A stretch of 64,000 nucleotides of DNA from a virus, in the IMG/VR virus record IMGVR_UViG_3300012922_000001, positions 1 through 64,000 of that record; one strand, written 5' to 3'. Of this stretch, positions 1 through 8,677 are shown piece after piece. Under the pieces are notes generated by a model. That model did not search any database, was not told where the DNA came from, and saw nothing but the letters and a program-made list of their open reading frames with translations. Made by a program: the position numbers and the translations under genes. How positions within the stretch are numbered: position 1 is the first letter of the stretch; each line of letters opens with the position of its first letter.

Positions 1-495
1 ATTGGGCTGATCACGCAGGCCAACTTGTTGACACAGCTTCCGACGATCTGTGGCATGTCGCCCGGGAAAATCTACCAGATGGATGAAGCTCAACTATCAG
101 ATGACGGTGCGCCTATCCACGCCTTCTACTCGACCTATGGTTTCGTTGATTCGGCCAAGGCCTCGCAGAATCCGCTGCTTGGGTTCCATCGGAAGCGTTT
201 CTCGCTGCTCCAGCAACTCATCAGCGGTTCGGGAAACTGTGTCGTGAAGGTGTATCCGAATTTCATCCTGAACCAAAAGACGCTTGTGGTGAATGCGAGC
301 ACTTGGACGGTACCGGGTGGAATCAACTTGCAAACTCAGCCGATCGACGATCTGATTCGTCCGCTCAACATGGCCGGTAACCGCGTTTACGTGAGCTATG
401 AGACCAATGCGGTTGGGGCGAAATTCGATTTGAGCAAGATCATCATTGTCGGAGTTATCGAACAGCTCAACACACTCAATCCGAACGCGGGGTAG
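1..495 (+). CDS. virion structural protein, C-terminal fragment (5' end lies upstream of the window)
   Basis: Frame 1 is open from base 1 (IGLITQANLL...) to the TAG at 493-495. It is co-directional and tightly packed with the late array. No motif recognised. Confidence 0.45.
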   Translation: MGLITQANLLTQLPTICGMSPGKIYQMDEAQLSDDGAPIHAFYSTYGFVDSAKASQNPLLGFHRKRFSLLQQLISGSGNCVVKVYPNFILNQKTLVVNASTWTVPGGINLQTQPIDDLIRPLNMAGNRVYVSYETNAVGAKFDLSKIIIVGVIEQLNTLNPNAG

Positions 496-582
496 GGAGG
501 GCATATTCCCCAGTCAAGCAACTTCGATGGCGGCCGCGAGCTGGAGATAGTCCGGCAGAAGGACCCATTTCTCGGGTCACTC

Positions 583-1128
583 TTGCAGCGCACGATCGAC
601 GGCATGAACCGGCTCGCCAAGAATCTCGGTGCCGGTGTCATTGGACCAACAACGGCTCCTCCTCCGGTCGATAGCACGGAAGTTAAAGGAACTCTCAATA
701 CATCCACAAACACTCTGACGGTGCCCGGAGAAATCCTGCATTTCGTCCACACCCACAACACGCCGCTCGAGCGCGGAATCCAGTACGTTACCGAAATTTC
801 TACCGATCCACACTTCTCAAATCCTCATCCTGTCGATACAGGCTCAAGCCGTTCCGGATTCGTTCATCTTCCGACGATGGATGATAGTTCGACACCGGTT
901 GCTTATTTTTTAAGGGTAACCCCGCAATATCACGGCAGTGCTCCACAAACGCCAACGGTCTTCGGCGGAGTGAATGGTCCCACGAAGATCATCATGGGCG
1001 GTTCTACGAGCATGTCTCTTCTCTCCAGCCAGAGCGGCGGCACCGCCGCCCCCTTCCAAGGTGGGCAAGGACTCGGTGCTGTACAGGCGCGCGGCCCCAT
1101 CGGCGGACCGAAGAGAAACCTACCGTAG
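583..1128 (+). CDS. hypothetical virion protein (true start probably upstream of 583)
   Basis: Track ORF with a TTG start and no SD. It is in the same frame as the preceding ORF, and the 88 nt after the TAG (493-495) read as protein-like sequence (GGHIPQSSNFDGGRELEIVRQKDPFLGSL...). See finding. Confidence 0.5.
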   Translation: MQRTIDGMNRLAKNLGAGVIGPTTAPPPVDSTEVKGTLNTSTNTLTVPGEILHFVHTHNTPLERGIQYVTEISTDPHFSNPHPVDTGSSRSGFVHLPTMDDSSTPVAYFLRVTPQYHGSAPQTPTVFGGVNGPTKIIMGGSTSMSLLSSQSGGTAAPFQGGQGLGAVQARGPIGGPKRNLP

Positions 1129-1154
1129 CATCTAAGTCAATAGCAGAGAGTCTC

Positions 1155-1568
1155 ATGCAAAATGTTGTAGTCAGGGACTTTACCCTTGATGATCTACCGC
1201 GAGTAAAGGAACTGCATGAACGGATGGGACTCGATTACCGCCTACCAGACCTTCAAAGCCCGCTCTTCATCATTCGTAAAGTTGTCGAAGTTGACGGTCA
1301 GATTGTCGCCATTACTGCCGCGCGCGTCGAGGCAGAACTCTATCTTTTTGTCGATCACGAAGTCGCTGATCCGGAACAACGGTGGGACGCTTTGCAGCGC
1401 TTGAATGATTCCGTGATGGATGAGGCGTACTGGAGCAAAGGTCTCGATAACTGCGTGCTCTGGTGTCCGGTAGAAGTCGAGAAGTCTTTCGGTAAAAGGC
1501 TTACGGCTCTGGGTTTCAGTCGAGATCGTGAAGGTTTTCATAGCTGGAGCAGGCCAACAAAATTATGA
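1155..1568 (+). CDS. GNAT-family N-acetyltransferase-like protein
   Basis: 137 aa. Beta-strand/helix pattern (VVEVDGQIVAITAARVEAELYLFVD ... LTALGF) resembles the GNAT acetyl-CoA-binding core. It overlaps the next gene by ATGA. Confidence 0.4.
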   Translation: MQNVVVRDFTLDDLPRVKELHERMGLDYRLPDLQSPLFIIRKVVEVDGQIVAITAARVEAELYLFVDHEVADPEQRWDALQRLNDSVMDEAYWSKGLDNCVLWCPVEVEKSFGKRLTALGFSRDREGFHSWSRPTKL

Positions 1569-2215
1569 AAGTCACAACGCTGATCTCATGGGATGCCGAA
1601 GGAAACGTCCTTGAGCACGTCTGGCATGAATACAGCGGTCCCATAGAGCGTCTCGATCGCGCGGCCCAGAAAGAAGCGAAGCAAGCTGTCGGTGAGGCGC
1701 GGGACACTGCCGCTACTGAGCGCGGGGCTTCCGATGCCGAACGTGCCCAGCTAACTCCCTTCTTCCGTTCGGAAATGAATGCCCAGCACGGGTTCAATCC
1801 TCAACAGACTAACGAACTGCTGAATTACGCAGGATCGGCGATTGAAGGTGGCGGGGCGACGACCGGTGGCGAGGCTGCTTCCGAAGCGGCCAGAACGCGC
1901 AACACGTCAGGATTCAGTTCTGGATTGGATGAAGCTGCACGCCAGCGTCAGCAGGAAATGTCGAAGGCCAATCTTGGCATCGGTGCCCAAGACGTAGCAG
2001 GAGCGAAGCAGTTGAATCAGGAAGGCGCTGAGGGAATGGGTGGGCTTTTCAAAACTGATACTGGTGCCATGTTGAATTCGATGGGCCAGGAACACGAGGA
2101 TATCAACTCGCAAATTGAGGCTGGTCGCTCAGGATGGTTCCAAAACACAGTTGCCATGATCAATGCCCTGACAGGCGGCAAGGGATTGTCTATGCCTGGA
2201 AGTGGTCCTAAATAA
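1565..2215 (+). CDS. hypothetical protein, internal virion (ejection/core) protein candidate
   Basis: 216 aa, Gly/Ala/Glu/Gln-rich with no motif. It is the first of three consecutive proteins of increasing size placed just before the fibres, coupled by a TAATG overlap. Confidence 0.45.
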   Translation: MKVTTLISWDAEGNVLEHVWHEYSGPIERLDRAAQKEAKQAVGEARDTAATERGASDAERAQLTPFFRSEMNAQHGFNPQQTNELLNYAGSAIEGGGATTGGEAASEAARTRNTSGFSSGLDEAARQRQQEMSKANLGIGAQDVAGAKQLNQEGAEGMGGLFKTDTGAMLNSMGQEHEDINSQIEAGRSGWFQNTVAMINALTGGKGLSMPGSGPK

Positions 2216-3963
2216 TGGCCGTCATGATGCCGCGGATGATCGACGAGGAGGAAGATCAAGGGCCATCTCCGCTTGGAATGATGAACATTCCGGAGCCGAC
2301 TGTTGAAGAAGCGGCACTCGCACCGACGTCCAATGTTGCACCTGCTCCAGAAGTTCACGTCCACGTTCATGATGGCGAGAAGGCTCCGAAGGAACCGAAG
2401 GCTAAGAAGGAAAAGGCTGCCGACGTTCCAACCGCTTCGCCGACGGCGGCCAATGCGCCTGTAGCTGGTCCAGAGCCGCCACCTGATCTCCAACCTGACG
2501 TGCCCGCACCGACGCCACAGGAAGCTGGCGTACAGCCTGCGGCGGCTCCGGCCATCGCTGGGCCTGCTGGGACGCCAACACAAGCACCTGCGGCCACGGG
2601 GCATATGGCGAAGCCCTACGATCACCTCATTGCGGCCAATCGCGGTGACATGATCGCGTTGAACCCAATGGACCCGGATTACCGCAAGAAATTGGCTGCA
2701 CTGACGACTCACGAAGGGATGCTGCGTGCCGAGAACGCGCGCGAGGCCATCATGCACCCGTGGGGCACGTCGGAGAACCATCCTGGAGTTCTTGGAAAGA
2801 TTGGCCATGCTCTCGCTACAGTCGGGAATGTCGCCGGCGAAGCTCTGGCACCGCGACTCGTGGCGGCGATACCTGGATCTCGTGCGAATCTTGAAGAGCA
2901 AATCGCTAGCGGAGAAGGTGAGCAAAAAGAGGCCAGCAAACAAGATCTCGAGGGCGCACAGGCGGAAGCAGCAAGGAACAAAGAGCCAAAAGAGGCTAGC
3001 CCAGATCAGCAGGCATTCGACGCACGGCAAAGAATTGGCACTCCACAAGAGCAGCCAGATGATAAGGCAATTGTGCAGGCCTTCCAAGATCAAGCGGCCG
3101 ACAAGAAGGACAACCCGGACGCGGCAAGCAAGACGATAGCCACGGATAAGGGGATTATGCAATGGAATCCCAAGACCAAGGCCTACGATATCCCAGCCGG
3201 CAACGCGCCGGAGAAGTTGGGCAATGATTTTGAGCAGTATTACCACGACTACCTAACTGACAATCATCTTCCTGACAGCGCTCACAATCGACTTATTGCG
3301 CGAGAGGCATACCAACGTGCGGGCCAGAAGCCTACACAGGAGCCTGGCAACTATCTGCCGGTGACTAATGCTCAGGGGCAGACGATTGGCTATCTTGATC
3401 CAAAGTCACAGCACTATACCGCGCTCTCCAGTATCCCTGGAGTCACAGAAGCTCTGCCAGGTGGCGTCATGCAGCCGAAGCCAACCACGCAAGCGCGCAA
3501 TGTCGCATCGCAAGCCCAACTCGTTCATGCTGAGACGCCTAAAGTTCTGGCGGAGATTGACAGCATGGCTGGAGAACTCGGACCGTTCATGGGAAACTGG
3601 AACAAGTTCATGCAGGGCGAAGTTGGCATGGATGATCCTAAGTTCGCTGGGTTACGTGCCGATCTTCTAATGTACTCGAGTGCTGTTGCGTTGGCCCATG
3701 CTCGCGGTCGTTTGCCAGAAAACTTGCGTGAGGAATTCGATAGAGCGATCAATGCTCCGAAGCAGTCCGCAGCCAATCTTAGGGCCACCATCACCAAGAT
3801 CGACTCGTGGATGGAAGACAACATGAACATCATGGGAGGCGGCGAAACTGCGAAAGCTCCCACGGAGATTAAGCCGCCCAAGGCGGCCGACGCCGGAATG
3901 AAGTGGCAGCACACGAAGCCGGGTCCTGACGGACAGGTACAGTGGCGCCAGGTGAAGCAATGA
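2215..3963 (+). CDS. large Pro/Ala-rich internal virion protein candidate
   Basis: 582 aa with a long PA-rich low-complexity N-terminal third (PTASPTAANAPVAGPEPPPDLQPDVPAPTPQEAG...). Position and size resemble podovirus core proteins. Confidence 0.5.
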   Translation: MAVMMPRMIDEEEDQGPSPLGMMNIPEPTVEEAALAPTSNVAPAPEVHVHVHDGEKAPKEPKAKKEKAADVPTASPTAANAPVAGPEPPPDLQPDVPAPTPQEAGVQPAAAPAIAGPAGTPTQAPAATGHMAKPYDHLIAANRGDMIALNPMDPDYRKKLAALTTHEGMLRAENAREAIMHPWGTSENHPGVLGKIGHALATVGNVAGEALAPRLVAAIPGSRANLEEQIASGEGEQKEASKQDLEGAQAEAARNKEPKEASPDQQAFDARQRIGTPQEQPDDKAIVQAFQDQAADKKDNPDAASKTIATDKGIMQWNPKTKAYDIPAGNAPEKLGNDFEQYYHDYLTDNHLPDSAHNRLIAREAYQRAGQKPTQEPGNYLPVTNAQGQTIGYLDPKSQHYTALSSIPGVTEALPGGVMQPKPTTQARNVASQAQLVHAETPKVLAEIDSMAGELGPFMGNWNKFMQGEVGMDDPKFAGLRADLLMYSSAVALAHARGRLPENLREEFDRAINAPKQSAANLRATITKIDSWMEDNMNIMGGGETAKAPTEIKPPKAADAGMKWQHTKPGPDGQVQWRQVKQ

Positions 3964-6020
3964 GCGCCGCCGCGCAGTGGCAGGATTATGTCGAGCCGAA
4001 GACTAAAGGCGGCAAGGACGAAGAATGGGAAGATGCGGAAGGTACCGCACGCCCAGATTTCTCTCAGAATCCTCCTAGCGGGGTAACCAAGCCGCACATC
4101 AAAATGCACTACGATCCTGGCGGCGCGGAACCGGAGGGAATGCCTGGAGTTTCGGAAGGTGCGGGGCTCGCGGAAGGTCTTTCTGATTACGATAAGGCCA
4201 GCTTCGGCCAGATGGGTAGCGGCATATCCGATGTGGCGCATGGCCAGATTGCTAAGGGTGGCCATAAGATCATGTCTGGATTCGGCGCAGCCACTGTGCC
4301 CGCGCTGGCGCTTGGCGCGCCCGCAATGCTAGCTGCTCCTGCTGCCACTGGCTTGACTCTGGGAGGCGGGTATCTAGGCGGCAAGGTGGCGCGAGGGGTT
4401 ACTGAAGCTGCGGGGGGTTCTCTTGATCAGGCAGACTTTGCAGGCGATGTAGGCAACCTAGTTGGCGGTGCGGCTGGCCTGAAAGGACCAAAAGTCATCG
4501 GAAGCATGATGGATAGTATGGGAATTAAATCTCCACCAATCATGCAACGCGCTGCTCAGAAACTTGTTGCTCCGATGGTCTACGAGAACGTAGGTGAAAC
4601 GGCCCGTGATCGCACGCTGGGAGCAGTTCCTGAGCGCGGTATTGTGAATGAAGGTCATGTCGGCACCAAAACTCAGCTTGTGGGCAAGATGGATACTCGC
4701 ATCGGTGAGTTGAAGAATGCGGCGAACCAGATCCTCGACAATCACCCAAACTCGCGCCAGCTAATCAATGCCGAACCGATAGTGGACTCCGTAATCGACT
4801 CCGCCGTCAATGAAGCACAGAAGGGTGGCGAGAGCCCCGCGCGCCTTGAAGCGCTGCGAACCGCGCTCAAGACCAAGTATGGCAAGATGCAAGGCACACC
4901 GCGGGAAATGAACGACTTGAAGACGGATATTCAAGATCAGGCCATGAATCGAGGGGCCTACAAGAACACTCAACCACAGGAAGCAAGCGTATCGCGGGCG
5001 CTGGGCCAAGTCGCCTCTAGACTCCGTGCGGCCGTCGATGAAAAAGTCCCTGAAGCCGCTCAGATCAATCAACGCATTCAGGATCAGATTGATGCTCGTT
5101 CTGGCATCCAGAAGAACATCGACAAAGCCCGCGGCGAAGACATCTTCAAGGAAACGGCCAGCAACACTAGCGGACCATTCGGAAAGATTGCACAACGGAC
5201 GCTTGGATCCGCTCCCGTCCGCACCGGTCTAGCACGCATGTTGAATTTCGGCCACACGCAGGGCGTGCCTGAAGTTGCGCCCTATCAAGGTCCGCAGATC
5301 GCTGGCTTATTGCCTGCGAAACCTTCGCCACTTGGTCCGTCCACGGCAACTGGTCCACTGAGCGCACCGCCTAGTACCGTCCTTGAGAATCCAGCGGTCG
5401 GCCATACCAGAGCTGAACGCTTAGGTCTCATGCTGCCAGAACACGCCACGCCTGGCCCGACACCGATGGGACCTTCTACGATGACCAATCCGTATAGTCC
5501 AGCGCCAGCCTATGACGTAGGGACGGCTCCAGTACGTAAAGGTCTCTTGCTTCCCGAGCGTGCCGGTTCGCCGCACAACCTAGCACCGACGATGATGGGT
5601 GGAGCAGAAGGATTCCCCGGGTATGGGCCAGAGGGTCCGCATTATGCGCGACCGATGCAGACAGAGCGTCCCTATCAGCAGGAATCGGCGCAAGAGTTCG
5701 AACGCCGCGGGGCTTCGCGTAGTGCCGAAGAAGACGTGAAAACAGATATGGCCAATCATGCTCGGCAAGTCATTCATGATCCAAACTCGACCTATGAGCA
5801 GAGAGTTCAGGCCCTCAAGGAATTGCAAGATGCTACGGTCGGGCCTGCGAATGCCGAAAATATAGGCGCAAGAGCGCAGGCTGGGCTCTCTCGAAAGATG
5901 TCGCTGAAGCGGCCAGAAGTGGAAACCCCCACAGAAACTCGTAAAGGCGAGAAAGAATTCAGCCCGGAAGAGAGACTGGCGGAACGTAAGCGTCAGGCTG
6001 CTCGCGCACGAGGAAAGTAA
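3960..6020 (+). CDS. large internal virion protein candidate
   Basis: 686 aa from the ATG at 3960 (ATGA overlap with the upstream stop). It has a Gly/Ala hydrophobic segment (GAATVPALALGAPAMLAAPAATGLTLGGGYLGG) and a Pro-rich region with a repeated GL(M/L)LPE(H/R)A motif. Confidence 0.5.
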   Translation: MSAAAQWQDYVEPKTKGGKDEEWEDAEGTARPDFSQNPPSGVTKPHIKMHYDPGGAEPEGMPGVSEGAGLAEGLSDYDKASFGQMGSGISDVAHGQIAKGGHKIMSGFGAATVPALALGAPAMLAAPAATGLTLGGGYLGGKVARGVTEAAGGSLDQADFAGDVGNLVGGAAGLKGPKVIGSMMDSMGIKSPPIMQRAAQKLVAPMVYENVGETARDRTLGAVPERGIVNEGHVGTKTQLVGKMDTRIGELKNAANQILDNHPNSRQLINAEPIVDSVIDSAVNEAQKGGESPARLEALRTALKTKYGKMQGTPREMNDLKTDIQDQAMNRGAYKNTQPQEASVSRALGQVASRLRAAVDEKVPEAAQINQRIQDQIDARSGIQKNIDKARGEDIFKETASNTSGPFGKIAQRTLGSAPVRTGLARMLNFGHTQGVPEVAPYQGPQIAGLLPAKPSPLGPSTATGPLSAPPSTVLENPAVGHTRAERLGLMLPEHATPGPTPMGPSTMTNPYSPAPAYDVGTAPVRKGLLLPERAGSPHNLAPTMMGGAEGFPGYGPEGPHYARPMQTERPYQQESAQEFERRGASRSAEEDVKTDMANHARQVIHDPNSTYEQRVQALKELQDATVGPANAENIGARAQAGLSRKMSLKRPEVETPTETRKGEKEFSPEERLAERKRQAARARGK

Positions 6021-6030
6021 AAGGAGGCTT

Positions 6031-6714
6031 ATGCCCGCATACAACACTAATCCGCAGACCAAGCCCGCTGTACAGACCGCCGTCCCTGGCCTGCCGTGCT
6101 ACTTCTGGGGATCGCTCAATCGCCTCGTTGCGCCGACGCGCATGACTCTGATCAGTGGGTCGATCCTGACGAATGTGGCCACGATTGTCGCTCAGGTCAT
6201 CGAAGGCAATATTCCGGTGGTTGGCCAATTGATCACAGTGATTGGCTCCAATTCCAATTTCAGCGTGACGAACGTGGCCATTGCTACGGTATCAGCGGCT
6301 TTGGCTCCCGACACAGGCGTCTACACGATCACCTACGCCAAAACGGCGAGCAACCAGCCTAGCGTTCCCCTGACTGGGCCAGCGATTGCACCGCAGATTG
6401 AAATCGGGGAAACATTGGCTAACGGTGCTTCAATTCCATTCGCTCTCCAGTCCAACATTGGACCTAACAACGGAATGGATATCCGTGTCGATGTTACGTT
6501 CCCGACGATTCCAACCACAATGAATGTGGATGTGCAGACGGCAATGGTTGACCTTGATTCAGAGTATGTGATTTTGGGCACTGTGTCTTCGGTCGCTGGC
6601 AGTACCGTGACTGGACAGTCTCAGATATTCACTGACGTCCGAGCAAATTTCATCCGGTTAAACAACACTACCTTGGCTGGATCTGGAAAAATCATCGGCA
6701 AGTTGCTGGTGTAA
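6031..6714 (+). CDS. structural protein (fibre adaptor/baseplate-like candidate)
   Basis: 227 aa with a strong SD (AAGGAGG) 5 nt upstream. It lies immediately before the fibre genes. No motif recognised. Confidence 0.45.
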   Translation: MPAYNTNPQTKPAVQTAVPGLPCYFWGSLNRLVAPTRMTLISGSILTNVATIVAQVIEGNIPVVGQLITVIGSNSNFSVTNVAIATVSAALAPDTGVYTITYAKTASNQPSVPLTGPAIAPQIEIGETLANGASIPFALQSNIGPNNGMDIRVDVTFPTIPTTMNVDVQTAMVDLDSEYVILGTVSSVAGSTVTGQSQIFTDVRANFIRLNNTTLAGSGKIIGKLLV

Positions 6715-6727
6715 GCGAGGCTCACTT

Positions 6728-8650
6728 ATGAAAAAAATCTTGTTGCCATTAGTGCTATTGCTGACGGGCATAGCGTCGGGACAAATCACCCAGGCGAACG
6801 TGTTTCAATTCCGCTTCCAGCCTGCGGCACAGCATAATCCTCCTGCGAATTCTGCCTATCTCTACGTCTTCAACAACTCTCTTCAGTGCTTGCTCCCAAG
6901 TGGAGCAAGCTGCCTAGCAGGAGGTGGTAGCGGCACGGTGACGAATATTGCCACGACGGCTCCTCTCGGTGGAGGGCCGATTACCACAACTGGAACGCTG
7001 ACTTGTACGACATGCGCCACAACTACGAACGGCGGAGCGTTGACGGCAACAAATCCCATGCGCATCAGCGCGGCTGGAGTGATTGATATTCTGGGTACCG
7101 GGCAAGTGGCTGCCTCTGTGATGCCAGCCCTGACTGGAGACGTTACATCGTCGGCGGGCACGGTCGCGACTACGGTTGGCCAAATCTCAGGTGCGGCAAT
7201 TCCAACTTCTGCTTTCTTTGTTGGCACGAACTCCTCGAAACAATTGATTGCGGCTCAACCGTTTGTGACCAATGCGCAGACGACGACTTATCAGGCAGTG
7301 GCTGCGGATTTCACGGGCTGTAAGACGATCACAGTCGCGTCGGGGACGTTCACGGTCACCTTGGTCGCGTCGGGGACTCAACCGGCGAGTGGTCAATGCA
7401 TAAACGTGGTCAATTACGGTTCTGGAGTTGTGACGATTGCCCGATCTGGGCAGAACATCAACGGCGCGGCGGCTAACTTGACGCTAAATGCTGGTTCTGC
7501 ATCGGCGCCTACGAGTGTCACGATTACTTCAGATGGGACAAACTATTTTGCCAGCGTCGACGAGGGTACGGTAGGTACAGTCACCAGCGTGGCTACCACA
7601 TCTCCGATCACTGGTGGAACGATTACCGGGTCCGGAACGCTTGCTTGCGCTACTTGCGTCACGAGTGCGGCTGCTCTGACGAGCAATGCTGTGGTTCTTG
7701 GAGGCGGTGGCCAAGCAGCAGCTACCAACACAGCCTTCACCACGAACGGCACCACGACTCTGACGGTCGGAGTTGCTGCTGGTGGAAATGGCATCCTTGC
7801 GCTGGCTGGGAACACTTCAGGAACCGCAACGCTGACAGCCCCTGCCGTAGCGGGTACTGCTGGCAATCCTGTTTTAGCTTCCAATGCTCTCCAGCTTCCC
7901 GATGGCACACAAGCCCTACCTGCCTCACGCTTGACCACCAGCGCAACAGGCTGGTGGTATGGTTCCAGTGTCCCAGCACATATCTTTGGCACGACTACCA
8001 CCGATCATATTGGTTTTAAGACGAACGGAACTCAGCTTGGGATGAATTCTACGGGCGCTCTCACTTTTGGCAGCTCTAGCACCTCATTGAACGCCGCGAA
8101 CATGAACGCAGATACGGCGATTTCTCGTCTCGCCGCTGGCATTCTGGCTGTGGGAGTAAGCGCAACGTCAGGTAGTAAGACTGGACTGCTCCAATCTGGC
8201 ATGTCCGTATTCGTAACTGCGAACTTCACGACTTCCGGTGTCGGCACGGCGCTCGAAGCGATCACTGGCCTGACAATCACCGTTCCGGCAGTCGCAGCCA
8301 ATTGGACTTTCCATGCCCACTTGGCCTACTCCCAAGCGGTTGGCACTGCCGCTGTAGCCTTCGGCATTCAGGCCGTGACAAATAATCCTACAAACTGCTT
8401 TGCTACTGGTGAGATGTTCACGGCAGCCGGTACGGTCATTACCGGAACATTAGCTACCCTCACCACTACTACAGCTACGAATGTCGTCTCTGGGACTCCG
8501 GGCGCAACGGCGACGAACAACGTTGTGGACCTCTACGGAACTTGTGAGCTTGCGGCTTCGGCGAACACGATTCGCATTCTGACCTCGACCGCGACCGCCG
8601 CCGACACAGTCACGATTCTGCGTGGCAGTTACTTTGGCTTTAATCCCTAG
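6728..8650 (+). CDS. tail fibre-like protein with signal-peptide-like N-terminus
   Basis: 640 aa dominated by Thr/Gly/Ala/Ser with repeated GT..T strings. The N-terminus MKKILLPLVLLLTGIASG/Q has n-h-c signal peptide organisation. Confidence 0.55.
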   Translation: MKKILLPLVLLLTGIASGQITQANVFQFRFQPAAQHNPPANSAYLYVFNNSLQCLLPSGASCLAGGGSGTVTNIATTAPLGGGPITTTGTLTCTTCATTTNGGALTATNPMRISAAGVIDILGTGQVAASVMPALTGDVTSSAGTVATTVGQISGAAIPTSAFFVGTNSSKQLIAAQPFVTNAQTTTYQAVAADFTGCKTITVASGTFTVTLVASGTQPASGQCINVVNYGSGVVTIARSGQNINGAAANLTLNAGSASAPTSVTITSDGTNYFASVDEGTVGTVTSVATTSPITGGTITGSGTLACATCVTSAAALTSNAVVLGGGGQAAATNTAFTTNGTTTLTVGVAAGGNGILALAGNTSGTATLTAPAVAGTAGNPVLASNALQLPDGTQALPASRLTTSATGWWYGSSVPAHIFGTTTTDHIGFKTNGTQLGMNSTGALTFGSSSTSLNAANMNADTAISRLAAGILAVGVSATSGSKTGLLQSGMSVFVTANFTTSGVGTALEAITGLTITVPAVAANWTFHAHLAYSQAVGTAAVAFGIQAVTNNPTNCFATGEMFTAAGTVITGTLATLTTTTATNVVSGTPGATATNNVVDLYGTCELAASANTIRILTSTATAADTVTILRGSYFGFNP

Positions 8651-8677
8651 GAGGATCATGCGAAAACTGCTATGGCT
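8647..8677 (+). repeat. junction cassette copy 1 (stop-SD-start-signal peptide)
   Basis: CTAGGAGGATCATGCGAAAACTGCTATGGCT matches 11714-11744 at 26 of 31 positions by my alignment. The TAG is the stop codon of the upstream gene. Confidence 0.7.

Noticed and set aside
2017-3246. 409-aa minus-strand ORF, the longest antisense ORF in the structural region
   Set aside because: It lies fully antisense to the Pro/Ala-rich CDS 2215..3963. Its translation is R/C/W/L-rich with no protein-like pattern. It is explained by the scarcity of stop-complement codons in GC-rich low-complexity coding sequence.
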